The notes under the pieces: generated by a model | Database searches by the model: none | What the model saw: the letters and a program-made list of their open reading frames with translations, nothing else | What the model was told of the DNA's origin: nothing | Program-made: the position numbers and the translations under genes | Source of the DNA: an uncultured Actinomycetota bacterium | GTDB lineage: Bacteria; Actinomycetota; Actinomycetes; JACCUZ01 | Reading direction: 5' to 3' | Assembly: GCA_963771345.1 (NCBI GenBank) | Contig: CAVYTH010000003.1 | Span: 53,495 to 117,494, forward strand | DNA: 64,000 nucleotides | Part shown: piece after piece, positions 32,846 through 42,375 of the stretch | Layout of the letters: each line of letters begins with the position of its first letter | Position numbering within the stretch: position 1 is the first letter of the stretch

Positions 32846-33616
32846 GTGCCGCTCCGGGTCGCGACGTACAACATCCATGCCGGCGCCGGAGAGGACGCGG
32901 TCTACGACCTGGACCGGACGGCGTCAGCGATCCGTCAGCTGCACGCCGACGTCGTCGGGCTGCAGGAGGTCGACGTGCACTGGAGCGCCCGCAGCGAGTG
33001 GGCCGACACGGCCCGCGAGCTCGCGGACCGGCTGGGCATGCGCGTCTTCTTCGCACCGATCTACTCCCTCGACCCGATCGCGCAGGGGGAGCCGCGCCGG
33101 GAGTACGGCGTGGCGGTGCTGTCCCGGTGGCGGATCGTGTCGGCGGAGAACCATCTGCTGACCAGGCTCTCCACAGTCGTGCCCAACCCGACGCCGGCCC
33201 CGGCGCCGGGGTTCCCCGAGGTCGTGATCGAGAAGCACGGCGCGCGGGTTCACGTCTACACGACGCATCTCGACTACCGGGCCGACCCGTCGGTGCGGCA
33301 GACCCAGGTGGACGAGACCCTCGACATCCTCGCCGAGGACGCGGGTGAGGCGCGCGTCCTCGTCGGCGACCTCAACGCGACGCCGGACGCCCCGGAGCTC
33401 GCACCGCTGTGGCCGGTTCTCACCGACTCGTGGTCCGCGGCACCTGCTGACCAGACCGGGCTGACGTACCCGGCGATCACGCCGACGAAGCGGATCGACT
33501 ACGTGACGGCCTCCACCGAGGTGAGGGTCGTCACGTCGCGCGTCGTCGAGACGGTCGCCTCGGACCACCTGCCCGTCGTGGCAGACCTTGTCGTCCGCCG
33601 CGAAGCGCCGAAGTGA
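32846..33616 (+). CDS. Endonuclease/exonuclease/phosphatase (EEP) family protein
   Basis: ORF 32846..33616. Contains LRVATYNIHAG, VVGLQEVD, YGVAVLSRW, HVYTTHLD, VLVGDLNATPD and ASDHLPVVADL. A signal-peptide-like LVLLAGTAVTPAVAAP lies upstream in frame, so the true start may be GTG 32734 (GTGA overlap with the GH3 stop) followed by a frame change. Confidence 0.8.
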   Translation: MPLRVATYNIHAGAGEDAVYDLDRTASAIRQLHADVVGLQEVDVHWSARSEWADTARELADRLGMRVFFAPIYSLDPIAQGEPRREYGVAVLSRWRIVSAENHLLTRLSTVVPNPTPAPAPGFPEVVIEKHGARVHVYTTHLDYRADPSVRQTQVDETLDILAEDAGEARVLVGDLNATPDAPELAPLWPVLTDSWSAAPADQTGLTYPAITPTKRIDYVTASTEVRVVTSRVVETVASDHLPVVADLVVRREAPK

Positions 33617-33628
33617 AGGTGGTGTTTG

Positions 33629-35050
33629 CTACAGAGGGATGTTGCCGTGCTGGCCCCGGGTGGCGGGGGCCGCGGCGATCGCGGCCGCGAGCGCCGACCG
33701 GGTCTGGGCCGGCTCGACGATCTCGTCGACGACGCCGATCTCCTGCGCGCGGTGCGAGCCCGCCGGCCAGCTTCTCGTGCTCGACCGCGAGCTCCTGCTC
33801 CACCTCGCCGCGGACGTCGGCCGGCACCTCGGCCAGCCGGCGCCGGTGCAGGATGCGCACCGCGGCCACCGCACCCATCACGGCGACCTCGGCGCCCGGC
33901 CAGGCGAACACCCGGGTGGCGCCGAGCGAGCGGGAGTTCATCGCGATGTACGCGCCGCCGTACGCCTTGCGGGTCACCAGCGTCACCCGCGGCACGGTGG
34001 CCTCGGCGAACGCGTGCAGCAGCTTGGCGCCGCGGCGGACCACGCCGTCCCACTCCTGTCCGACGCCGGGCAGGTAGCCGGGCACGTCGACGACGACGAC
34101 GAGCGGTACGCCGAACGCGTCGCACATCCGCACGAACCGCGCGGCCTTCTCGGCCGACGACGAGTCGAGGCAGCCACCGAGACGCAGCGGGTTGTTCGCG
34201 ATGACGCCGACCGTGCGCCCGCCGAGGCGGCCGAGCGTCGTCGTGACGTTCGGTGCCCACTTGGCGTGCAGCTCGAGAGCAGTGCCCTCGTCCAGCAGGT
34301 GCTCGACGATCGGGTGCACGTCGTAGGCGCGCTTGGCCGACTCCGGCAGGAACGCCGACAGGTCGGTGTCCTCGACCGGGCCCAGCTCGCGCTGGTCGCC
34401 CAGCAGGGCTGCCAGGCGGCGTGCCTCGCCGTACGCGTCGTCCTGGGTGGGGGCGACGACGTGCACGACGCCGGAGCGACGTCCGTGCGGCTCGGGCCCG
34501 CCGAGGCGCAGCGCGTCGACGTCCTCGCCGGTGACCGAGCGGACCACGTCGGGGCCGGTGACGAACACCCGGCCTTCCGGTCCGAGGATCACGACGTCGG
34601 TCAGCGCCGGGCCGTAGGCGGCGCCACCGGCGGCCGGGCCGAGCACGACCGAGATCTGCGGCACCTTGCCGGACGCGCGGGTCATGATCGCGAAGACCTC
34701 GCCGACCGCGTGCAGGGACACGACGCCCTCGCGCAGTCGCGCGCCGCCGGAGTGCCAGAGCCCGATGACCGGGCAGCCCTCCGCCGAGCGCGCGCGCGTA
34801 GGCGGCGAGGATCGCCTGGCAGCCGGCCTCGCCCATCGCGCCGCCCTGGATCGTCGCGTCGGAGCAGAACGCCACCGCGGTGGCGCCCTCGATCCGGCCG
34901 ATCGCGGCGAGCATGCCGGAGTCGTCCTCCGGGGTGATGCAGCTCGACGGTGCCGTCGTCGAAGAGCTGCCCGAGGCGGGTCAGCGGGTTGCGCGGGTCG
35001 TCAGCCTTGTCGACCACGACCTTGGCCGGGCCGGACGCGGTGGCGGTCAT
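33629..35050 (-). pseudogene. Acyl-CoA carboxylase carboxyltransferase (beta) subunit, AccD6-like, frame-disrupted as sequenced
   Basis: Pieces lie in ORFs 34682..35050, 33499..34914, 33531..34721 and 33629..33874. Motifs: GRIEGATAVAFCSDATIQGGAMGEAG, ISVVLGPAAGGAAYGPALTD, IANNPLRLGGCLDSSSAEKAARFVRMCDAFGVPLVVVVDVPGYLPG, and the end VDEIVEPAQTR...GNIPL*. Confidence 0.85.
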
Positions 35051-36305
35051 CTACACGCTCCTGACGGCGAGGGCGACGTTGTGGCCGCCGAAGCCGAACG
35101 AGTTGTTGAGGGCCAGCAGCTCGCCGTCGGGCAGCGCCCGTGGCTCGCCGCGGACGACGTCGAGGTGCACGTCGTCGTCCGGGTCCTCGAGGTTGGTGGT
35201 CGCGGGAGCCTTGCGGTCCCGTAGCGCCAGCAGGGTGGCGATCGACTCGACGGCGCCGGCGGCGCCGAGCAGGTGACCGGTCATCGACTTGGTGCCGGAG
35301 ACGCAGACGCCGTCGACGGCGTCGCCGAGCGCGTTGCGGATGGCCTCGGCCTCGGCGACGTCGCCGACCGGCGTCGAGGTGGCGTGGGCGTTGATGTGGA
35401 CGACGTCGGACGCCGTGGCGCCGGCAGCCTTCAGCGCCATGCCCATGGCGCGGGTGGCGCCGGCCCCGACCGGGTCGGGCTGGGCGATGTGGTGCGCGTC
35501 GGAGGTGATGCCGGCGCCGGCGATCTCGCCGTAGATGCGTGGCGCCGCGGGCCCGCGCGTGCTCGAGGGTCTCGAGCACGAGGACTCCGGCGCCCTCGCC
35601 GAGGACGAAGCCGTCCCGGCCCTTGTCGTACGGCCGCGAGGCCCGCTCGGGCTCGTCGTTGCGGGTGGACAGCGCCTGCATGGCGGCGAAGCCGGCGAGC
35701 GGCAGCGGGTGGATGGCCGCCTCGGTGCCGCCGGCGGCGACGATGTCGGCCCGCCCGGTGCGGATCATGTCGACGGCGTAGGCGATCGCCTCGGCGCCGC
35801 TGGAGCAGGCGCTGACCGGCGTGTGCACGCCGGCCCGGGCGGCCAGCTCGAGCCCGACCAGCGCGGCCGGGCCGTTCGGCATCAGCATCGGCACGGTCAT
35901 CGGCAGCACCCGGCGGGCACCGCGCTCCTTGAGCGTGTCGTAGGCGTCGAGCAGCGTCGTGACGCCGCCGATGCCGGACGCGATGACGACGCCGATGCGC
36001 TCCGGCTCGAGCTCGGGTGCGCCGGCGTCCGCCCACGCCTCCCGGGCCGCGATGATCGCGAACTGGCCGGACCGGTCGGACCGCTTGATCAGCGGCCGCG
36101 GCAGGACCTCGGACGGGTCGACCGCCACCGGCGCAGCGATGTGCACCGGCAGCATGTCGACCCAGTCCTCGGTCAGGACCTTCACCCCGGACTGGCCGGC
36201 CAGCATGGCCGCCCAGGTCGATGCGACGTCGCCACCGAGCGGCGTCGTCGCGCCGAGGCCGGTGACCACCACGCGCTGGGAGTCGGTCAGTCGGGAGTCA
36301 GTCAT
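35051..36305 (-). pseudogene. fabF: Beta-ketoacyl-ACP synthase II (KAS II), one apparent frameshift
   Basis: ORF 35001..36305 carries VVVTGLGATTPLG and HTPVSACSSGAEAIAY (active-site Cys). ORF 35051..35446 carries HINAHATSTPVGD, GTKSMTGHLLGAAG and NSFGFGGHN. The frame change is around 35530-35550. Confidence 0.9.
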
Positions 36306-36362
36306 TGCAATCTCTCTTTCGGGGACCCCGCGGGATCGCGAGGAACGAGCGATTTCGTGGGA

Positions 36363-36611
36363 TCAGGCACTCGCCTTCGCGATGTAGGAGACGGCGTCGC
36401 CGACGGTGCTGAGATCCTTGACGTCGTCGTCGGGGATGCGGACGCCGAACTTCTCCTCGGCGTTGACGACGATGGTCATCATCGACAGCGAGTCGATGTC
36501 GAGGTCGTCGGTGAAGGACTTCTCCGGCTGGACGTCACCGGTGGGGATGCCTGTCTCCTCGTTCACGATCTCGGCGAGACCCGCGAGGATCTCCTGCTCG
36601 CTTGCGGCCAT
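36363..36611 (-). CDS. acpP: Acyl carrier protein
   Basis: Intact 82-aa ORF with the phosphopantetheine site FTDDLDIDSLSMMTIV. Confidence 0.95.
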   Translation of the reverse strand: MAASEQEILAGLAEIVNEETGIPTGDVQPEKSFTDDLDIDSLSMMTIVVNAEEKFGVRIPDDDVKDLSTVGDAVSYIAKASA

Positions 36612-36687
36612 GTGGTTCCAGCTCCTCTGTTCGGTCGGACTGTGGTGGGATTCATGCCCGCGCGGTCGCGCGGGAAGCGTGGGTGGA

Positions 36688-37689
36688 TCAGGGCAGGATG
36701 ACGACCTGCGCGGCGTAGACGAGGCCGGCGCCGAAGCCGATCAGCAGTGCCGTGCCGCCGCTCTTGGCCTCGCCGCTCTCGAGCATGCGCTCCATCGCGA
36801 GCGGGATCGAGGCGGCCGAGGTGTTGCCGGTCTCGGCGATGTCGCGGGCCACCGGCACGTGCGCGGGCAGCTTCATCTGCTTGATCATGGCGTCGGTGAT
36901 GCGCATGTTGGCCTGGTGCGGGATGAACGCGTCGAGGTCGTCGGGCGCCACGCCGGCGGCCTCGAGCGCCTGGTGCGCGACCGGCGCCATCTGCCAGACC
37001 GCCCAGCGGAAGACCGCCTGGCCCTTCATCTCAGGTGCGGGAAGTCGACGTCGTGGTCGCGCACGTCGATCCAGGACGGCCTGCGTGATGGCGTCGTACT
37101 GCGAGCCGTCCGAGCCCCAGACCGTCGGGCCGATGCCCGGGCTCGTCGGACGGGCCGATCACGACCGCGCCGGCGCCGTCGCCGAAGATGAACGCGGTGG
37201 AGCGGTCGTAGGGGTCGGTGAAGTCGGACAGCTTCTCGCAGCCGATGACCAGGACGTACTCGGCGCTGCCGCCGCGGACCATGTCGTTGGCCAGCGCGAC
37301 GCCGTAGCAGAAGCCCGCGCACGCCGGCGGAGATGTCGAAGGCGGCGGCGTCGGTGGCGCCGAGGCGGTCGGCGACGGCGACCGCGGCCGACGGGGTCTG
37401 CAGCGGGTGGGTGACGGTGGCGACCAGGACGCGCGCCGATCTGGTCGGCGCCGGATGCCGGCCTGCGGCGATCGCCTTGCCGGCGGCCGCGACGGCATGT
37501 CGACGACGCGTCTCGTCCGGCGCGGCGCAGCGGCGGGTGACGATGCCGGAGCGCTCGCGGATCCACTCGTCGGAGGAGTCGATGCGCTCGCAGATCTCGT
37601 CGTTGGTGACGACCCGGGACGGGCCGGTAGCCGCCGACGCCGAGGATGCGGGCGTACTGCGGCGCCGCTTGGGTGCGGATCGGGCCCAT
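36688..37689 (-). pseudogene. fabH: Beta-ketoacyl-ACP synthase III, frame-disrupted as sequenced
   Basis: Pieces: [23 protein letters not shown] / [26 protein letters not shown] / [19 protein letters not shown] (Cys) / [16 protein letters not shown] / FIPHQANMRI...GNTSAASIPLA...GFGAGLVY (ORF 36688..37029). At least 4 frame changes. Confidence 0.9.
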
Positions 37690-37690
37690 G

Positions 37691-38887
37691 TCAGTGCACC
37701 GCCTCGTTGGACTGGGGGTGCAGCCGGACGAGCGGCTGGCCGGGGGCGACCGGGTCGCCGTCCTCGACGAGCCACTCGACGACGGTGCCGCCGTGCGGCG
37801 CGACGACCGGCTGCTCGTCGCGGGAGGTGACCAGCGTGCCGACCGCGGTGCCGGGCTCGATCATGCGTGCCCTCGGGCAGGTCGACGACGCGGAAGGTGC
37901 CCTTGCTCGGCGCGACCAGCATCCGCCAGGTCGGGGAGCCGTCCTGCGGTGCCGCGCTGCCGTGGCGGGCCGACGAGGTCGCGGGCGGCCTCGAGGTCGG
38001 CGGGGGTCTTGAGCGCGACGGTCTCGACGCCGGGCAGCGCCCGCTTGACCAGGCCGGCCAGGGTGCCGGCCGGCGGGACCTCGATGACGCCGGTGACGCC
38101 GAGCTCGCCCATGGTGCGCATGCACAGGTCCCAGCGCACCGGGTTGCTGACCTGGGTGACGATGCGGGCCAGCGGTCGCGGCCCTGCTGCACGACCGAGC
38201 CGTCGCGGTTGGAGATCAGCCGGGTGCGCGGGTCGTGCACGCTGACCGCCTTGGCGTAGCGACGCGAGGGTCTCGACGGCGGGCGCCATGTGCTCGGTGT
38301 GGAACGCGCCGGCGACCGAGAGCGGGATCGAGCCGCGCCTTCTCCGGCGGGTCGGCCTTGAAGGCCTCGAGCTGCTCGAGGGTGCCGGCGGCGACGACCT
38401 GGCCGGCGCCGTTGTTGTTGGCGGCGGTGAGGCCGTGCTTCGTCGAGCGCGGCGGCGACCTCGTCCGGGTCGCCGCCGAGCACGGCGGTCATGCCGGTGG
38501 GCTTGCGGGCGGCGGCGTCGGCCATCGCCCGGCCGCGCTCGCGGACGAGGACCATCGCCTGCTCGGCGGAGATCACGCCGGTGCCGGCGGCGGCGGTGAT
38601 CTCGCCGACGCTGTGCCCGGCGGCGGCGCCGACCGACGTGGAACGCGTCGGCGGGGTGCGGGAAGAGCTCCAGCGCCGCGACCAGCCCGGCGGCCACCAG
38701 CAGCGGCTGGGCGACGGCGGTGTCGCGGATCGTCGTCGGCGTCGGCCTCGGTGCCGTAGTGCACCAGGTCGAGGCCGGCGCAGGCGGACAGCCAGCGCAG
38801 CCGGTCCTCGAAGTGCGGCAGCTCGAGCCAGGGCGCGAGGAATCCGGGCGCCTGGGCGCCTTGACCGGGAGCAACGATGACCAGCAC
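37691..38887 (-). pseudogene. fabD: ACP S-malonyltransferase with an appended (or separately encoded) biotinyl/lipoyl-like barrel domain, frame-disrupted as sequenced
   Basis: GTG 38887 (VLVIVAPGQGAQ). AGHSVGEITAAA is read on the reverse strand around 38600-38635. Also LSVAGAFHTEHMAP and VSNPVRWDLCMRTM. After ...TPADLEAARDLV the reading continues ARHGSAAPQDGSPTWRMLVAPSKGTFRVVDLPEG / MIEPGTAVGTLVTSRDEQPVVAPHGGTVVEWLVEDGDPVAPGQPLVRLH, stopping at 37691. Confidence 0.8.
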
Positions 38888-38912
38888 CTGCCCAGCCTTT
38901 CGGACCGTGGCG

Positions 38913-40138
38913 TCACGCGAGGGGTGCGGAGGCGGACGAAAGTAGGGCCCGGTCCTTTGTAGGTTTCCTACAAGACGGTGCGGGTGCCCGGGCGTCGGCG
39001 AGCCGGCCCAGGGCCAGCGCCATCCGCAGGGCGAGGGCCTGCCGGGGGTCCGCGGGCGCGTAGCCGCAGACCTCGGTGACCCGGCGCAGCCGGTAGCGCA
39101 CGGTGTTGGGGTGCACGAACAGGGCCCGGGCGGTGGCCTCCAGCGACGAGGTCTGCTCGAGGAAGGCGGCCAGCGTCTCGACCAGGGCGGTCCCGGTCGA
39201 CTGCAGCGGCCGGTAGATCTCCTGGACCAGGCGCTCGCGGGCCAGCTCGTCGCCGGCGAGCGCCCGTTCGGGCAGCAGGTCGTCGGCCTGGACCGGGCGG
39301 GGCGCGTCCGGCCAGGCGGGCGCCGCGAGCAGCCCCGCCACGGCCGCCGCCGCGCTCTCGCCGGCGGCGAGCAGGTCGGGGACGGTCGGCCCGACGACGA
39401 CCGGGCCGGGCCCGAACTGGGCCACCAGCAGCGCGGGTCGTGTGGACCGGGTCGACGTGCGCCGCCGAGGATCGCGACCAGCCGGTCGCCCTGGACGCCG
39501 GTGAGCACGTCGAGGTGTGCCGCCCGGGCCACCCGCCGGATCTCGTCGACGACGGCCTCAGGCTCGGCGTCAGGCGTGTTGCCGACCACGACGACCACCG
39601 AGTCGTGGCTGCCCCAGCCGAGGGCGGCGGCCCGGGAGCGCAGCGAGTCGTCGGCCTCGCCGCGGAGCAGGGCGTCGACGACCAGCGACTCCAGCCGGGC
39701 GTCCCAGGCGCCACGCGCCTCGGCGGCCTCGGCGTAGACCTGGGCGGCGGCGAAGGCGATCTCGCGGGAGTAGCGCAGCACCGCCTCGCGGACGACGTCC
39801 TCGTCGCCGGGGGCGATCTGCTCGATCTGCTCCTCGACGACGGCGATGACGACCCGGACCAGCTCGACGGTCTGCTGCAGGGTCACCGACCGGGTCAGCT
39901 CGCGGGGGGCGGTGCCGAACACGTCGGCGCTGATGGCCTGCGGGGCCTCGGGCTGCCGGAACCAGTCGACGAACGCCGCGACGCCGGCCTGCGCCACCAG
40001 GTTGACCCAGGACCGGTTCTCCGCCGGCATGGCGCGGTACCAGGGCAGCACCTCGTCCATCCGCGCGATCGCCGCGCTCGCGAGCGCGCCCATGCTCGCC
40101 TCGAGGCGGCGGATGGTGACCGCGGAGCGCTTCGGCAC
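38913..40138 (-). pseudogene. PucR-family transcriptional regulator (MabR/FasR-like, fab operon regulator), one apparent frameshift
   Basis: The N-terminal 220 or so aa are in ORF 38573..40138. The C-terminal part with the HTH LEATARALFVHPNTVRYRLRRVTEVCGY is in ORF 38913..39425. The frame change is near 39430. The listed stop at 38913 reads through the palindrome, so the true stop may be earlier. Confidence 0.8.
38957..38973. promoter_or_regulatory. Perfect palindrome TTGTAGG-N3-CCTACAA, about 70 nt upstream of the fabD start (candidate MabR/FasR operator)
   Basis: ttgtaggtttcctacaa at 38957-38973. It has the same TTGT-N9-ACAA outline as the site at 40152-40168. Confidence 0.45.
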
Positions 40139-40151
40139 GGGATCACCCTAG

Positions 40152-40168
40152 TTGTCCAAGGGCGACAA
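40152..40168. promoter_or_regulatory. Inverted repeat TTGTC-N7-GACAA just upstream of the regulator start (possible autoregulatory site)
   Basis: ttgtccaagggcgacaa at 40152-40168, in the 77-nt divergent intergenic region. Confidence 0.3.
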
Positions 40169-40215
40169 GCGGGCCCTCCTGGGCCGGTGGCCCCGGTGTC
40201 GTCTACGGTCGCCGT

Positions 40216-41260
40216 GTGGACCGAGTCGACCCCGTGGAGGCCTTGCGCCGCATCGCGTTCCTGCTCGAGCGCGCTCGCGAGGAGACCTACCGGGTCAAGG
40301 CCTACCGCGGCGCCGCCGACGCGCTCGCCGCCCTGTCGCCGGACGAGGTCGAGCAGCGCGCCCAGGCCGGCACCCTCACCGAGCTCAAGGGGGTCGGCCC
40401 GAAGACCGCGAAGGTGGCCGAGCAGACGCTGGCGCAGGGGGTCGCCGGACTACCTCGCCACGCTCGAGGCCGAGGCCGACGGGCCGGTGACCGACGGGCG
40501 GCGCCGCGCTGCGGGCGCTGCTGCGCGGCGACCTGCACACCCACTCCGACTGGTCCGACGGCGGCAGCCCGATCGAGGAGATGGCGCGGACCGCGCGCGA
40601 CCTCGGCCACGAGTACGTCGTGCTCACCGACCACTCGCCGCGGCTGACCGTGGCCAACGGCCTCTCGCCCGAGCGGCTGCGGCGCGCAGCTCGACGTGGT
40701 CGCCGAGGTCAACGAGCAGCTCGCGCCGTTCCGGCTGCTCACCGGCATCGAGGTCGACATCCTCGACGACGGCTCGCTGGACCAGGAGGACGAGCTGCTC
40801 GGCCGGCTCGACGTCGTGGTCGCCTCGGTGCACTCGAAGCTGAAGATGGACGCCGACGCCATGACCCGGCGGATGGTGACCGCCGTCGCGAACCCGCACA
40901 CCGACGTCCTCGGCCACTGCACCGGCCGGCTGGTGACCGGCGGGTCGCGGCACCCGCGGGGAGTCGTCGTTCGACGCCGAGCTGGTCTTCGCCGCCTGCG
41001 AGCGGTTCGGCGTCGCCGTCGAGATCAACTCGCGCCCGGAGCGGCTGGACCCGCCGCGCCGGCTGCTGAGCCTGGCGGTCGAGACCGGCTGCCTGTTCTC
41101 GGTCGACACCGACGCGCACGCGCCCGGACAGCTGGACTGGCAGCCCTACGGCTGCGAGCGGGCCGAGGAGTGCGGCGTACCGCCGGAGCGGGTCGTGAAC
41201 ACCCGGCCGGTCGACGAGCTGCTGGCCTGGGCGGGGCGGCACACCGGGAATGGGTCGTGA
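40216..41260 (+). pseudogene. PHP-domain phosphoesterase with PolX-like N-terminal helix-hairpin-helix region, frame-disrupted as sequenced
   Basis: Pieces: AFLLERAREETYRVKAYRGAADAL...LKGVGPKTAKV / LRGDLHTHSDWSDGGSPIEEMA...HEYVVLTDHSP / LTGIEVDIL...VVASVHSKLKMD...VLGHCTGRLV / FGVAVEINSRPERLDPP...SVDTDAHAPGQLDW. The stop is TGA 41258-41260. At least 4 frame changes. Confidence 0.8.
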
Positions 41261-41299
41261 CGACAGACTGTTGCGTGAGCAACTAACTCGTCCGGGAGG

Positions 41300-42076
41300 A
41301 TGGATCCCATGGCACTGCTGACCCCGTCGGTCGACGTACGCCGGTCCGGCGACCGGTTCGCCACCGACATCGGCTGGCTGGACTCCAAGCACTCGTTCTC
41401 GTTCGGCCACCACTACGACCGCCAGAACACCCACTTCGGGCTGCTGCTGGTGAACAACGACGACGTCGTGTCGCCCGGCAGCGGCTTCGAGACCCACCCG
41501 CACCGGGACATGGAGATCGTCACCTGGGTGCTGCGCGGGCAGCTGGTGCACCAGGACTCGCAGGGGCACAACGGCCTGATCTACCCGGGGCTGGCCCAGC
41601 GGATGAGCGCGGGCACCGGCATCCTGCACTCCGAGAAGAACGACAGCTGGCGGCTGACCGGCGGCGACGAGCACCAGGACCCGGTGCACTTCGTGCAGAT
41701 GTGGGTGCTGCCCGACGAGAACGGCATCCAGCCGGGCTACGAGCAGCTCGAGATCGACGACGCCCTGCTGCGCGGCGGGCTGGTTCCCGTCGCGAGCGGC
41801 CGGCCGCAGCACAAGGACGCGGCGGCGATCTCGATCAGCCAGCAGCACGCCGCGCTGCTCGCCTCGCGGATGGCGCCCGGCGGGTCGGTCGCGATCCCGG
41901 ACGCGCCGTTCGTGCACGTGTACGTCGCGGACGGCTCGGTCGAGCTCGAGGGCACCGGACCGCTGGGCACCGGTGACGCCGCGCGCATCACCGGCGGCGC
42001 GGGCCAGCTCGTGACGGCCGGCCCCGAGGGCGCCGAGCTGCTCGTCTGGGAGATGCACGCCGGCCTCGCCGCCTGA
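41300..42076 (+). CDS. Pirin-family protein
   Basis: Intact ORF containing GWLDSKHSFSFGHHYD, GFETHPHRDMEIVTWVLRGQLVHQDSQGH and QRMSAGTGILHSEKN. Confidence 0.9.
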   Translation: MDPMALLTPSVDVRRSGDRFATDIGWLDSKHSFSFGHHYDRQNTHFGLLLVNNDDVVSPGSGFETHPHRDMEIVTWVLRGQLVHQDSQGHNGLIYPGLAQRMSAGTGILHSEKNDSWRLTGGDEHQDPVHFVQMWVLPDENGIQPGYEQLEIDDALLRGGLVPVASGRPQHKDAAAISISQQHAALLASRMAPGGSVAIPDAPFVHVYVADGSVELEGTGPLGTGDAARITGGAGQLVTAGPEGAELLVWEMHAGLAA

Positions 42077-42121
42077 CCGACGCCCACCCGGCCCAGAGCG
42101 GTCAGGCCCTGCTCCACCCCA

Positions 42122-42161
42122 CCTGTAGCCCTGCTAGCGGCACCGCTATCAGGGCTACAGG
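42122..42161. terminator. Long hairpin between convergent genes (likely bidirectional terminator)
   Basis: cctgtagccctg / cagggctacagg (12 bp) plus an inner tagcgg/ccgcta stem. It lies between the pirin stop (42076) and the minus-strand genes. Confidence 0.5.
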
Positions 42162-42164
42162 CGG

Positions 42165-42329
42165 TCACCAGGTCAGCTGCTGGAGGCCGTCCAGGACGAA
42201 CTGGCCGACGATGGATGCCAGCAGCAGCCAGAACAGCGCCCACTTGTCGCGCGTCGAGGCTGCGGCCCGAGCATGACGACGAGCACCAGTCAGGTCGAGC
42301 AGCGGCTTGTCAGGTGTCGTGTCGGTCAT
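42165..42329 (-). CDS. Small hypothetical membrane protein (54 aa, below the ORF-track cutoff)
   Basis: ATG 42329 gives MTDTTPDKPLLDL...RDKWALFWLLLASIVGQFVLDGLQQLTW*. One TM helix and GC-rich third positions. Confidence 0.3.
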   Translation of the reverse strand: MTDTTPDKPLLDLTGARRHARAAASTRDKWALFWLLLASIVGQFVLDGLQQLTW

Positions 42330-42375
42330 GGCGCCACGCTAGGACGCCCCACTGACGAGCCGTCCGGAGTGCCGG

